Origin: Podarcis liolepis
Taxonomy: Eukaryota
Reading direction: 5' to 3' (one strand)
Assembly (NCBI GenBank): GCA_965112155.1
Contig: OZ218108.1
Length of the DNA stretch: 64,000 bases
Under the pieces are notes generated by a model. The model worked only from the letters and a program-made list of their open reading frames with translations. It had not been told where the DNA came from and made no database searches. Positions 48,395 to 60,786 of the stretch are shown piece by piece. Each line of letters begins with the position of its first letter. The stretch's first letter is position 1. Both the position numbers and the translations under genes were made by a program.

Positions 48395-50664
48395 ATAATC
48401 TACACAGAAGACATGCAGCATTACAGAGATATGGGCTGTGTTGCCCACATAACCAATTCAAAGATAGAATTTGAGACGGTGGAGAATCCCAGACAGTGAA
48501 TCAAAGTTATGAGCCCAGAAAAAGGGGAATCTGAGATAGTGGGGTGAAACCCACATCTCATTGTAGTCCATGGAAAATCTCGCTTTTATTTCTGTGAATC
48601 ATATCCACAGCATGCTCTGACTTGTTCTTATGATCAAACAAATTATTTACACAGCGGACCTTTATATAGGTGGGTCGTGGTTCTTTCTGTCTATTTATAA
48701 AAAGTTATATTTATTTGGGAGAGCGAAATTGCTAATTTTTTTACCAACTATATATCTAATAAAACTATTTAATAACGAATGTGCTGTACTCCTTGTTTAA
48801 CTCCTATTTACTAATTTGGCTGGCTTCCAAAACTCCTGGGGGGGGGAAGACTGACCGTTTTTAATAGACTATAATGTATTTAGTTTCTGAGAAGCTTGTT
48901 AGGTGTTGAAGTGTTTTAACTGATTTCACTCGTAGTCAACAGCAATGCAAAGAGAAAGGACAATGAACAGATTAGAAAATCCATGTGAATAAAGAAAGGT
49001 AGTTCAAATGCTAATGAATAAGCACCATTTAAAGTTTTAAAAGAATGTTTCTGATTGATAACGTAGCAAATTGTGGATATTGTAATCCCAAAACTACCTG
49101 TTTTCAAATAAAATAAAAATACTCTGGGGTGGCATTTTACATATGTTTCTGTACTAAGAGACAACTGCTGCTTTGTGGTGAATTTCAGGTTAAAGAAAGG
49201 AATCAAGCCCGAGATGTTTTTGTTGTGTTTTAAATGGCCTAGCATTTAGACTTGTAGTACTGCAGATGAAGTGGGATCTCATTCCTGCAAACCTGGCAAG
49301 GCAAGCTGGCTTTATCCTGCTTGTCAGAAAAGCCTTCATCTCACTGCTTTGCTTTCCCAGTCCCAGTACATCCACAGTTCCTACAGCCCATAGAATCCAA
49401 ACTGGTTTTAAAACATCGTTTTAATACACTGAGTGCTATTTTATATTGCGCTGCACTGGACTATCTCTCTTCCACACCCAGCTTGACTGCCTTCCTGTTT
49501 TTGAAAACCTCTCTATTCAGTGTTTGCTCTCACTCCCGAGAGCTTGTGTTTAGTCCACTGATAGTGCAGTGATCTCTCTAGCAGGTTCACATGTTGTTTC
49601 ATTGTTTCAGATGCTTACTGAAAAACAATATACTGTATACCAATACTGAAAGTTTTGTGGTTTGCAAAGCAATGGAACATAATGGTGAGGAGCATTTTGT
49701 TTTGTAGCTCATGCTGCTTTCATACTCCGGCAGCTGACTTTCAGGCTAGATTACCCCCAAGGCTAAATATGCTACTGAAAGAGGCTTGGACCCCACAGTG
49801 TACAAGTACAGCCATGCAGTGCTCTAAGAGCATGTAAAGTGTGGGCTGGGCCTATATTGCATGCCTTCATTCCATGCCAGTCTCCTTTCAAATTCCACTC
49901 TTCTCTGAACATGGCAGCTGTGTGCTTAATCACATGACAAGGGAAGAGTGATATCATGTTCCCCAGTTAAGTACCAAAAGGCTGCAAAGCATGAGAAGCA
50001 GGATAATGAGCAGTGTGGGACTAACGGGGCACGAAGAGGATGCTTTTAGGGGCTTAATTGTGCCAGAGGCAAGCTCAATATCTGTTTCCAGCACAAGGGC
50101 TTAACCCTGGAGAATATGAAGCCCAGTTTCCACTCTCAAACAGGACTCCCATTGCAACCACATTTGGGGAGAGATCACATGGCAATAGCATACCTCTTAC
50201 CTAACGTCACAAAGTATTGTGAGACTGTTGAGAGACCACACCTCTCCACTCCACCCTGAGTTGCACGAAGGGCAAGTCTTCTGTATGTCCAGTCCCCTGT
50301 TCCTTTTAATCCATTCATGAATATATTGCTTAATGCCAAAAGAGTATTCTAAGCAGTTTACAAGTATAAAAAACAGTGATGTATTATATTGCCTTTTTCT
50401 CCTGCAGAAAAATATAGGATTTTTTTTGCCAGTCCATCTGGTTTGGCTTTGGTGGCTTTTGCTGTTCTTGTTGGCCTTCTTGTATCAATTTGGGGACAGG
50501 GTTTATGTTCTGTATGAACTGCCACAATTGGTGCTTTAGCATTGGGCAGCAAATCAGGGTTAGAGATATTAGCAACCCATTTGGGAGTCACCTTAAGGGC
50601 TTTGGGCTACTAGAAATAACTGTATCCCCCTCTGGGTCAAAGGTTAGTTGGGGTCTATTCTGCC

Positions 50665-50882
50665 TTCCTACCCTGCCCACCTAGCAGTTCGAAAGCACCC
50701 CTAAGTGCAAGTAGATAAATAGCTTTATACCGGGAAGGTAACAGCGTTTCCAGCTTCATCACGCTGGCCACATGACCCGGAAGTGTCTTCGGACAGCACT
50801 GGCTCCCGGCCTCTTAAGCGAGATGAGCACGCAACCCCAGAGTCAGACACTACTGGCCCGTACGGGGTACCTTTACCTTTAC
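50665..50882 (+). mobile_element. Sauria SINE, 5'-truncated
   Basis: CCTGCCCACCTAGCAGTTCGAAAGCACCC body, (ACCTTT)n tail, 10-bp TSD CTATTCTGCC (50655-50664 and 50883-50892). Confidence 0.92.
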
Positions 50883-51364
50883 CTATTCTGCCATGTGGTT
50901 TTACTAAGCAGGAAGGTTGGATGCTACATGTTAATGAGAAATTGCAGCACTAGACTTCATGTCCTTTTAATGTGAAACTGTCATAAGTTGGTAAGGGCTT
51001 TTTTCACCCAGCTCAGTACATCTGGTTTCTGGTGTCTTTCGCTTCATCTCCACTGCAAGGATATGTAAAGAGAAGGTAAAAAGCCTTCATCAGCAAGGGC
51101 CTATAGAGTCCCCCTGCACACCAGGGATTAGAGGGAAGAGCTTGCAGATCAAATGCCAGTAGCTGGAAACTGCAGGAGGGGAGAATGCTTGGGTCTTGCA
51201 TGCAGGCTTCCCCAAAGGACACTGGGCTAGATGGGCCATTGGCCTGATCCAGCAGAGCTCTTCATATATTCTTAGAGGTTGGTATTGCCAGGTAGATTTG
51301 ATCCTAAATATGTAGCTTCCTGGATCCTTATTATTTATCCCATGTCTGCTTGCTTTGATGTTTG

Positions 51365-51518
51365 CCCTGACTAATAGCTCAGATAGGAGAGCATGAGATC
51401 TGAATCTCAAGGTTGTGGGTTTGAGCCCCACATTGGGCAAAAGCCCCACATTGCAGGGGGTTGAACTAGAATAGATAATCCTCGTGGTCCCTTCCAACTC
51501 TACAATTCCATGATTCTA
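51365..51518 (+). mobile_element. Short tRNA-derived SINE with CR1-type 3' tail
   Basis: TAGCTCAGATAGGAGAGC A box, GGTTTGAGCCCC B box, tail GGTCCCTTCCAACTCTACAATTCCATGATTCTA. Confidence 0.75.
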
Positions 51519-52599
51519 CTGTGGTCAAAAAGAAAAGAAAAGGTGATGACAAGACCTTCCATTAATGTGCAATGAACATTATATAGTTTAGAAATACGTG
51601 GTGTTGGGGTGGGGGCAGATCCCATGTTTCATGCCTCATTCCCCAGTAGCACTGTTGGAGGCAGTATGTCTCTGAATACTAAGTGCTGGGATGCACAAGT
51701 GCTATAGTGTGCGTATACTGCTTGTGCGCTTCCTACAGACATCTGGCTAGCCATTGTGAGAAGAGCATGCTGGACTTAAAAGGGTCTTTGCTCTGATCCA
51801 GGAGGGTTCTTCTTAATGTCATTATAGCATATGTATTTTTTTACTACTTGTTACTTTGTTACTTACTTTTTAACTGGCATGGAGGGAGGAGAGGTGCTTG
51901 TGGGATTTTAGTTGATTAATTTATGTTGTCTTGGGAGCCAAAATAACTTGATAGGTCTTCATTACCATGCAGCTTAACTTCTTTGTGACTGGCGGGAGGC
52001 GGGGAGCATCTTCTGCTCCACCCCAGGTACCAAAATGCCTTGGGCCATCTCCGTTCAAAGGGCATTCCCAAGCAGAGGAGGAGGAGTTGTCTCAGAAAGA
52101 AGGCATCCTGACATCCCCCCACTTTCTGAAGGGCAGGGGCAAATGTTTGAGCCCTGGAGATCTTTTTTGTTTTCCAACCTTATACCCCACCTCATGTTCA
52201 AAAGAATCTCAAAGCAGCTTTTACAATACAAGACATAACACCCAAATAAAATGTATAAAACACGCCATGTTTCATTGCAAAAATGAAAACGTGTGGGAAT
52301 GAGATCTTCTACTCTTCTAAAGCAACATGCCCTGAACTGGCCCCCTCCATTAAGTTTCGAACTACAACTCCCAGCACTGGGGCTGTTGAGAGCCCAAGAC
52401 ACCAGGTTGGGGTAGACTTTCCTACAAACCTGGCCACATTCCTGAAAAAATGATTTTGTTTAAGAACACACCTGAAACACAGAGAAGATGATAGATAGTC
52501 CTAACCATCTCTTTTACACGTGTGTATGAAATGACTCCCTATAGATCCCCAAACCTCCTGCCGAACAGAATCAACCCAGAGCACCCAGGAAATTATCTC

Positions 52600-53270
52600 C
52601 TTGTTGGCAGATTCCCCCGCCTTTCGGACGTGGTATTTTTTCATACCCCCGAAATCCTTGTTGCAGTTGGAAGAGGAGGATCTGATCTCTGCACCGTGGA
52701 GCGTCTGAGCTACTAACCGGCAGCCAAGCATCAAATCGTTTTGCAGCAGGAGGAAAATGAAGAGGGGCGGCGGGGTAGCACGTCAATAAGGTCCGAATAG
52801 AGCGTTGGAAAAGTATGAAGCGCTCTCCTCGCTCCCCACCCCCGCACCCCCGTTGGTCGGTCCCAGTTTCGGGCCAGCCGCGTGGCTTGGGTCGCACCAA
52901 AAAAAGACTGGAGGGGGGGTGGACGAGGAGAGTCTGGGCATCCGGCAGACTGGACGCTCCTGGGTGCTGCCTGGCCCATCGGCCCTTTGGGCTCCTCACG
53001 GGCGATATCCAGGAGCAGGAGGCGGCATGGCGGCAGCCGGCATGAGACGGACGGAAAAGGAAGTCTTCCGGCGTAGCCGCAGTGGGGATCGCAGCCCGGT
53101 CCCGAAGCGCCTCGTCGCCGCCTGCGCGGTTTTTCTGGAGGGCGCGTGGCGGGGGATGGAGGCGGTGAGCGGATTGCAGGCGTCGGGCTGTGCGACCTCG
53201 TTGGCCCCTTCGAGGATCTCTCTCTTTCCTTCTTTCTGAACCTTCCCTGAGACCTGCGTAGGAAGGCAGA
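52600..53270. promoter_or_regulatory. CpG island in the MEF2C 5'UTR intron (candidate alternative or bidirectional promoter)
   Basis: Sharp rise in GC and CpG without TIR, TSD or SINE hallmarks; GC box GGGGCGG and CRE-like CACGTCA at about 52764-52785. Confidence 0.72.
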
Positions 53271-54456
53271 AGAAGCAAGGGAGTCCTGACACATACCACC
53301 AGCTCCCACTTGGCATGAGAGGACTCAGTCAGCCTCCTTTTTATATAATGTATTTGTTTTAGTGTTTAACTTGCAAGCCACCTTGGGTTTCCTAACAGAA
53401 AGGCAGTATATAAATCCAGTCAATAAATACACTTTGAGGCCACAGCTTGACCCTCTTGGCTTTTCAAAACCTTGAGGTCCTTCTCCGTGAAGCCTCGCTG
53501 TGCTCCCTACCCCCTTGGCAAGGACAGTGACAGTGGCCCTCTTTTTTCTCCTCTGGAAAGTACATAAAGCTGAAGAAGCAAAGTTGGAAGAGGGATACTG
53601 TGGCTGTACACACACCTCTGTTCGCCCAGCTCAAGCACACTCCCGCTTCTGGTTCGGGGAGAGGTGTGCGCATGATGTTTGCCAGAACTATTTTGCAATT
53701 TCTTACGAAATGCCACATTTCGACGCTTCCTCTGTCACCCCTTCCAAAACAAGTTTCGATCCGAATTGAGAAAAAGAACAGTCTAGCTGCATTTTAAATG
53801 TGTGCACAGTCTAGTTCTCACTTCCTCTTTCAGCTGTATGGGCTTTTCAAAGCTCAGATTAGCTCTTCTAAACCCTCTATTGATCCCTTGGAGAAGGAAA
53901 GTTTGTGCGCTCATTTTTTCTGTTGAATGAGGGTGGGTTGATAAGAGGGAGTGACGGGTGACAAGACGTGGGGGGTGTCCATGGCACTCACACAAAAAAT
54001 TCAAATGTGTTCTTGGGCCTAAAAAGGTTGGTGACCCCTAACAAAGAGTTTTTGCATGCCAGAGCATTCAAGAGACCACATGAAAATGCCCACAACTCCC
54101 CCACAGTAGGTTTTGTGTATTGTGTGTACAACTGCATCAGAATGTAGAAGGAATAGGTTAACCCGCAATCCTTTCTAGCAGCCTCCATTGTGGAGGAGGT
54201 AAAGTGTGAAAAGAACAAGCAAGCTGAACACAAGTCTGCAATGTAAAAGAAAAAATCAGGGCTGCAATTGTGGGCTTGTTGTTTATCTGTGACTAAGGTC
54301 CATGGACCATAGTAGGAATTGCTTCCAAGTAAACAACCCAAGACTCGAACTGGCTTAGACTCGATACAGTTAACAGGGTTCTGATACAGACTATCAACAC
54401 TTTGTTATTGCGTACAGCAATACAATGAATGTCTCCCCCATGAATTTTGTAAGTTA

Positions 54457-54640
54457 GAAACATAGAAAGCTGCTTTATATTGGTTAGACCTTTGGTCCAT
54501 CTAATTCAGTGTTGTCTATGCTGACTGGAAGTGGCTCTCCGAGCTTTCAGGCATGAGTTTTCCACAGCCCTACCTGCAAATGCTAAGGGCTGAACCTTGG
54601 ATCTTCTGCATGGAAAATGTGTTCTACCACCAAGTTATGG
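54457..54640 (-). mobile_element. tRNA-derived SINE
   Basis: AAACATAGAAAGCTGC...TTGGTCCATCTA...TGACTGG...CAGCCCTACCTG...GATCTTCTGCATG...TTCTACCAC matches the other copies. Confidence 0.7.
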
Positions 54641-56291
54641 AAACAACCTAGAATAAAACATTCACACAAATAATTCAGTTAGTGATACATTGTATATCAA
54701 ATGCTGTGTGTGTGCGCACACGTGCATGTGTGCATGCGTTTTCACCCTCCTTGCTTCCTTCAGAAGTTCCAGTGAGGCCGTTTTATGGGGGCAATTTCTC
54801 TGTGAGAGACTTCAGGCCCCTCTTGTAGCAAAGTTTATTTACAAAATATAGAGGAGGAGCAGCAGTAAAAGTCACCAAGCAACACCCATCCATCTTCTCA
54901 ACATCCTTTACCATCTACAAACCTCTTAGCAACCACTTCTAGTAACCTCAGCCTCAGATTTCTGTTTTCTCCTTTTTGCTTATATTCAAACACACACACA
55001 CACACCCAACAACAACAAAAAAACCTATATCTCTCAGTGTCTGCCTAGGCTGGTTGGGTATGATAAACTCCAGTGAACTAGGGTAGCCAATAGCATGGGA
55101 GTAGCCAGGATTTATTTTAGGAGGGGGGCACAGAACTGAGTTATATGTGATGCAATTGGTCGGTTAGTTAAGTATTTTTATTTATTTACTTGATTTAGGG
55201 GGCCTGGCTGCACGTATGGCCAATTGTCCTCAAAGCCATTAATCAGGAGACCCTCTTACCACCATCAGATGTCAGGTTGGAGAGAAGAAGAGGTCCTTTA
55301 GCATGATCAAGAAGAATGACTATATCTACACCACTAGGAACTAGAATTACTTTGAATCACAGCCCTTACAAAGCTTTAAAAAAAATCCAAAAACCCACCT
55401 GTGTTCCAAGCTAAGATGTTGTGATGGATTGACTCTGAAAGGCTGTCCACATAAGACTCTTGTGCTTCTTGTTCAGCACCTTAATATACAACTAGAATGT
55501 AGGTAGAAGTACTTTGGGGTGGGGAGCACCATGTTGACCAAATATATTCTCAAGGGACTGTATCCAATGTTGGTCAAATTCAGAGCAGACCCATTAAAAT
55601 TTGTGATCAGGACTAACTTAGGTACAGTAATTTCATTGGGACTCATCTGAGTGGTGGTCTTTCCATTAAACATGCCACCAGCACTGCTATCATGATCCCT
55701 CTGATTTAATATATCTATTGAAGATGAAATAGCTGTAAAGTTATGGAGCTCCCTCCTACTGGAGCTACAATTGGCCTGCCCAATACTGTAATGTTTTTCT
55801 AACACATTTATTTACTCTGTCGTTTGAAGTTGAGGCACTAGTTTCGAGTCTCTGGGACTGTTCTATGTTGTCAGATTACTTTAGTTTAATGCTAATTTTT
55901 TTGCTATTTTAATATTATCATTTTGTTTTATTGTATGGTTTTATATTATGTTGTATACTGCCCTTAAGATGAAGGGTTGTCTAGAAATAACAGCAACAAT
56001 CAGTATAATGCATCTCACATAATATGCCAGTTTGCATTTATTTCAGTCTAGCGTTCCAGATTTGGTGTGGTTCACTATTATGATAATTCAGCATCTTGGA
56101 TAATTTAAACAGTATTTACTCAAAATACTCGATCTTAGTTGCTTGTTAATACGTAGTTTCTAAGTGATATCAACCAGATTGCCTAAAGCTTTACAGGAAC
56201 TGTTGTCTTCAAGAATTTTCATATTATTTGCTTCACGAATAGAGATCTGCATTTTAATAATGTCTTACTGTTCTGCTTTTAAACATTGAAG

Positions 56292-56389
56292 GTGCCGACT
56301 AAGAGTTGTAAACTGTGAAGTAACTACTATGGAACAGCTTAAGTAAAGCACCGAAGGTGGATGAATTTGAAATACAGAGGGTGTATGTG
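56292..56389 (+). other. MEF2C: MEF2C non-coding second exon (5'UTR exon B, 98 nt)
   Basis: Acceptor AAG| at 56289-56291 and donor GTG|GTGAGT at 56390. The sequence GTGCC...AAGAGTTG.AAACTGTGAAGTAACT.CTATG...AAGTAAAG...GTGTATGTG matches the recalled segment that follows GGCACTG in human MEF2C mRNA. Confidence 0.83.
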
Positions 56390-56915
56390 GTGAGTGTTTC
56401 ATATTTTAATTCCCTGCCTCCTGCAAGATCATTCAATATTACAAAAAGCTCTATTTATTGCTTCCTTTTTTGGATTTAGGGCTCAAGCTAAACTCTGCAG
56501 TTGTGTGTACTAAAAGGTATACGGATGACAAAGCTTCTCCCTAATCACTACTTATTGTACATTATATCGTTTTAGCCATGGCATGCCACGGTATTTAATA
56601 TACATGTGTCACCCTTTCAGCTCCTACCTTTGAAAATATATTTTACAATTAATTCATTCCACAAGAAATTATATACATTTTCATTCTCCCCTATGGATTG
56701 TGAAATATTTAAATTACCCTCCTGGAATCTACATCCTATTATAACGAGATTTTGGGAATTTATATGTTATGGGCAATTATAAAAGCAATATGGATTGAAA
56801 GAATATTCTGAATGATTGGAGAACAAATACAGTATTGTTGAATAAAATCTTGTGGGGTAGATCAATCTATAGCCTTGGTTCCTCTCAGGGTGGGTTGCTG
56901 TGGCAACCGCCCCAG

Positions 56916-56917
<2 letters not shown>

Positions 56918-56960
<43 letters not shown>
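56918..56960. repeat. (TA)n microsatellite
   Basis: Directly visible. Confidence 0.97.
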
Positions 56961-56962
<2 letters not shown>

Positions 56963-59900
56963 CCCTAAAGCTTGTTTCAAGAGCTGTACCCAGCATGGGC
57001 CAAGCTTAAAAGCAGACAGATGTAGAAAGAAGTGCTTTCGTGAACTACTCTTTCAAGACAGGCCTGTGGTAGAGAGGAGCATAGGAAGACATGGGGTGGG
57101 GCTGAACTATGAACAGAAATTGGAACCCAAGTCACCCAGGGTTAGGATGTATAAACTCTGGGGTATTCAAATGTGACTCTGGCACTCTGTAATTTAATTG
57201 TCGCTTTTGCAATGTAAATTGGCAGCGCTGTTTCTTTTGAAGAAATAAACATTTGACTATCACTCCAAATTGAAGAAGGGGGGGGGACTCGGATAATTAC
57301 TGAAAGGGGATGTTAACTGAGCTCACCATGAAATAATCATACTTGTAAAGGAAAGAGACACTTGGCTGCACCTCAGCCCGTGGTAAGGGTATGGAAGGGT
57401 TGATTACTCCAATAATTACACCTCCTGTTGTGCATTTTTCCCCCTGTGTGTTTTGTTTAATTCAGATGTAAGTTTCAGGTGGAAGGCTGGGAAATGGTGC
57501 AAGATTTTCTGTTTCCTGTTGCCAGCAGGCCTAGGCCTAACAGGAACCCTTAATCTTACCTTCCTGGAAGAAATCCAACGGGGATTTGCTGCCAATTATT
57601 GGCTGTTTGTAACACATGTTTTTAAAATAATGGTCTGGAGGTGATGGTGTTTCAGTGTAAATTATATTGAATGCTAAATGACACAGGAAGATTCTTCAGG
57701 TGCTGTAAGAACTATTTTTATTTGAAGTCTAAAAATATTCTCTACTGAGTTTCAAGAATGAAGGAAACAATTTGACTTCTATACTGCTTGTCTATGAAGT
57801 ACTGAAACACTTTTTTTTTTTAAAGGGGGAGGTGTCTTCTTCATTGCTTTGGGCATCTTTGCTCTGACTGAAAAATAATGTTGGCACAAACCACTGAGTA
57901 TCAGTCCCCAGGATAAGGTCACATCTATTTAAAAACTGGGCCCTAATAACCTAAATATGTAGACGATGCACAGGACATATGAAGCCACTGCATATATTTC
58001 TTTCAGTGGTGTCATTCTCTGATTTCGGGCTATTGAGCCAAAGTAGTGCTGACCTTTGCCCTGTCAAGCTGAGAGCCTTGCCTTTGAGACATTTCAACAC
58101 TTTGCGGCAGCTTCCCCCCAAAGAAATGCAAGAAATTATAGAATTTTGCTCACTACACTTGGGTTGGCTTCATATAATTCCCCTTCCCCTTATTTCACCC
58201 TCTCCCAAGTGATTTTGTGTTGTGTGTTTAGCAACATCCCAAGATGACAGACACTGTTGAGTTTTGTCAACCCTTGTCCAAGAGACAACCATCTTGGTGC
58301 ATATAATTTCCTGCATTTTTTTCAATGCCCCCAGCTTTGCTTTGAATAATTTCAGACCAGTTTGGGCTATGTGAACATACAGTTCCTGGGTGACCATAGG
58401 TAAGGATTTTGCAATGTATTTCTTTCTCTGTCTAAACAGCAGCTGATAGCCTGTAGGTTGAATTCTGATCACCCTATTCTTGTGCGCAAAAAATAGACAC
58501 TTTGAACAAGCAATAGCTTCTCTAGTCCTACATCTACTATCAAGATATCTATGAGATCCAGTTCCTAAATCCCATCTCAGAGCCACTACCAGACTGTTTC
58601 TATTCTGTGGATAAGAATTCAGTTGCAGATCTGCAAATTCACTTTGCGAAATGAAAGTGGATTTAGCCTTCTTGCACAGCAAATCCACTTCCCCCCCAAA
58701 TTGGACATTTTCAGTAAGGAAAATGACTGGAAAGTATGAGAAAACAATATTTTGATACAAAGTTGTACAGACCCCCCACAAACAAATCAGGATGAGTGTG
58801 CAACAAACAGCCAACATTGTACAACCTCCCCACAAACTTTGTGAAGAGAAATCGGGATGAATGCTCAGTAGGTCACCTGGAAGCAAGTTTTGTCCTACTG
58901 AGCACTCTACTGCCCTTCTAGCACATGCTAGAAATCTGAAATGACGAAGAAATTGTGGGGACCATAGATCTTTGTTTATAGTCAGATTCATTACTGAACT
59001 CTATATGAAGTCAAGTTATGGTAGGCTCATAGGTCTCTGTTTCTCTATGTGCATGACTTCTTTCCTTGGGGCAAGCTGGCTTCAAGGGTCAGGTGGTGCT
59101 GCAAGTGATGAAAGAGAAGTTTTCTCTCCATGGAAGAGCCCAGCCTCTGCCTCCATTCATGCCTTGCTTGTCTCCTTGAAGACAACCAGGGTGTGAAGGG
59201 GCAGATGGGCCTGTGAGAGTGAAGGAAGGAGTGCCCTCTCTCCTAGTGCAGGCTGGTGACTCTGAAAAGAATTGAGCCATACCCCATGACCATGCAGCCG
59301 CTCCCCCCGCAAGCAATGGGTAAAAGCAATGTTTCTCTCATTTCTAATTTCTCCAGTCTTAAATTCATTGTTGTTGTTGCTTTGAAGAATGAAGTCCTCA
59401 TGAAAATTCATAAGCATTTCACTATAAATATCTCCTAATATACACATTTTTAATACAATTTCCCCTTATGAAAACATTTTTGCAAAAAAAGCTTTCCTGT
59501 AATGTAATACAATTTTTAATGCTATTTTCACTAATATGTGGATGTTTATTTACAAAGCTGGTGCATCATGGTCCTTGATCCAATTTATGGGGCTGTGAGG
59601 TTAGACAACATTATGTGTTCCCTTCTTCTTCTGTGACTTTGAACAGCCAGGTATCTTGAAAGGAATTCTTGGTGTTACTGTAATTCAAGACATATCCTAC
59701 AAAAAGTTACATGATCTACCTTAAAGCCCGTAGTCCAGATCCAAAGGGACCACCTAAACCTGAAAGCTGAGGAGAAAACGATGTGCACATTTCATCAAAC
59801 CTTTAAGCACTTTCAAGCTCCGTTGCTTTCAAAAGGAGAGATTAACTCTCCCATTGAAATCAACGCAGGTTAGCAGAAGTTTCTCCATGCATTTGAACTT

Positions 59901-60158
59901 TTTGATGGCTGCAACAGCAAGTAGTTATTTCTATATGTGAAACAGCCATCACAAATCAAACACCATCTCACACCATGTCAAGCCCAATGATTTTCAAGTG
60001 AGGCAGCTCACCACAATCTGTGGTAAGTCACTGTGTGATGCATTATTGAGTGGTGGGCATTCATACATGCATGTGTCAGGAATGTGGCTGCATAGTGACG
60101 AAGTGATATACAGTCAACGAGCAATTTGCACAGGGGTTCCATTCTTGGACCCCATGTG

Positions 60159-60755
60159 TGTTAGTGGAGAACGTATAAGCACACCCCACCCCATTCTGCT
60201 CTGCTCCTGTTCCGCCCTTTCAGTGACGTGTTTTCTGACATTTTCAGTCATTTCTGGGTTTGGTGCTGTGCACACATGTGCTTTCATGCATCTTTTGGAT
60301 ACATCTTAAGCGGCCGTTGCCAGTATTGTGAACTTCCTCTAGAGCTTGGTCCCAATAATAGGTATACATCGAATCTTGAAACCACAGAGGAGTTATAGCG
60401 TATCTAAGAGAGTTTGTACTGGTCCAGTAAACACTTCCGCTGCGCCACCAGCAACAGCTCTCTTTGCAGAGTATTAATTAAGTCCAGTGCAGAGATTCTT
60501 GTTGCAGTACAAGCTTCAGAGTCTCAGCAGCAAAGAAATAACGACACAGGGAAGCCTGTCTTTCCAAAGACAGGTTTATTGCAGAAAGATAACAGAAACA
60601 CCTCCGGAGCTTTCGGACATTTTGCTTCACGCCCCACAGGCAGAGAAAACAAACACTCTTTATATACTGAGCAACTTAACAACTTAACGAGCTTGACTAC
60701 TTAAAGTCACATGACATTGCTAACTTGCCAGCGTCTTAGGTTTCACACCCTAACA
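60159..60755 (-). repeat. 3' LTR of the copia element
   Basis: Starts TGTTAG immediately after the PPT GAGAGGGGG (60756-60764); TATATAAA at 60659-60666; AATAAA at 60575-60580. The end at 60159 gives a 6-bp terminal inverted repeat TGTTAG/CTAACA; the alternative end at 60500 gives TGTT/AACA. Confidence 0.72.
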
Positions 60756-60786
60756 CCCCCTCTCGCTGGCAATACAAAAAACAAAA

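Noticed and set aside
50333-50684. Cluster of short ORFs resembling a processed-pseudogene fragment
   Set aside because: No identifiable protein, poly(A) or TSD.
52571-53316. Overlapping 100-240 aa ORFs on both strands
   Set aside because: Expected from stop-codon scarcity in a CpG island; Arg/Pro/Gly-rich with no domain motifs.
58170-58991. 273-aa antisense ORF
   Set aside because: No recognisable domain and partly built from an imperfect local duplication (about 58760-58860). Probably chance; a BLASTp or PhyloCSF check would settle it.
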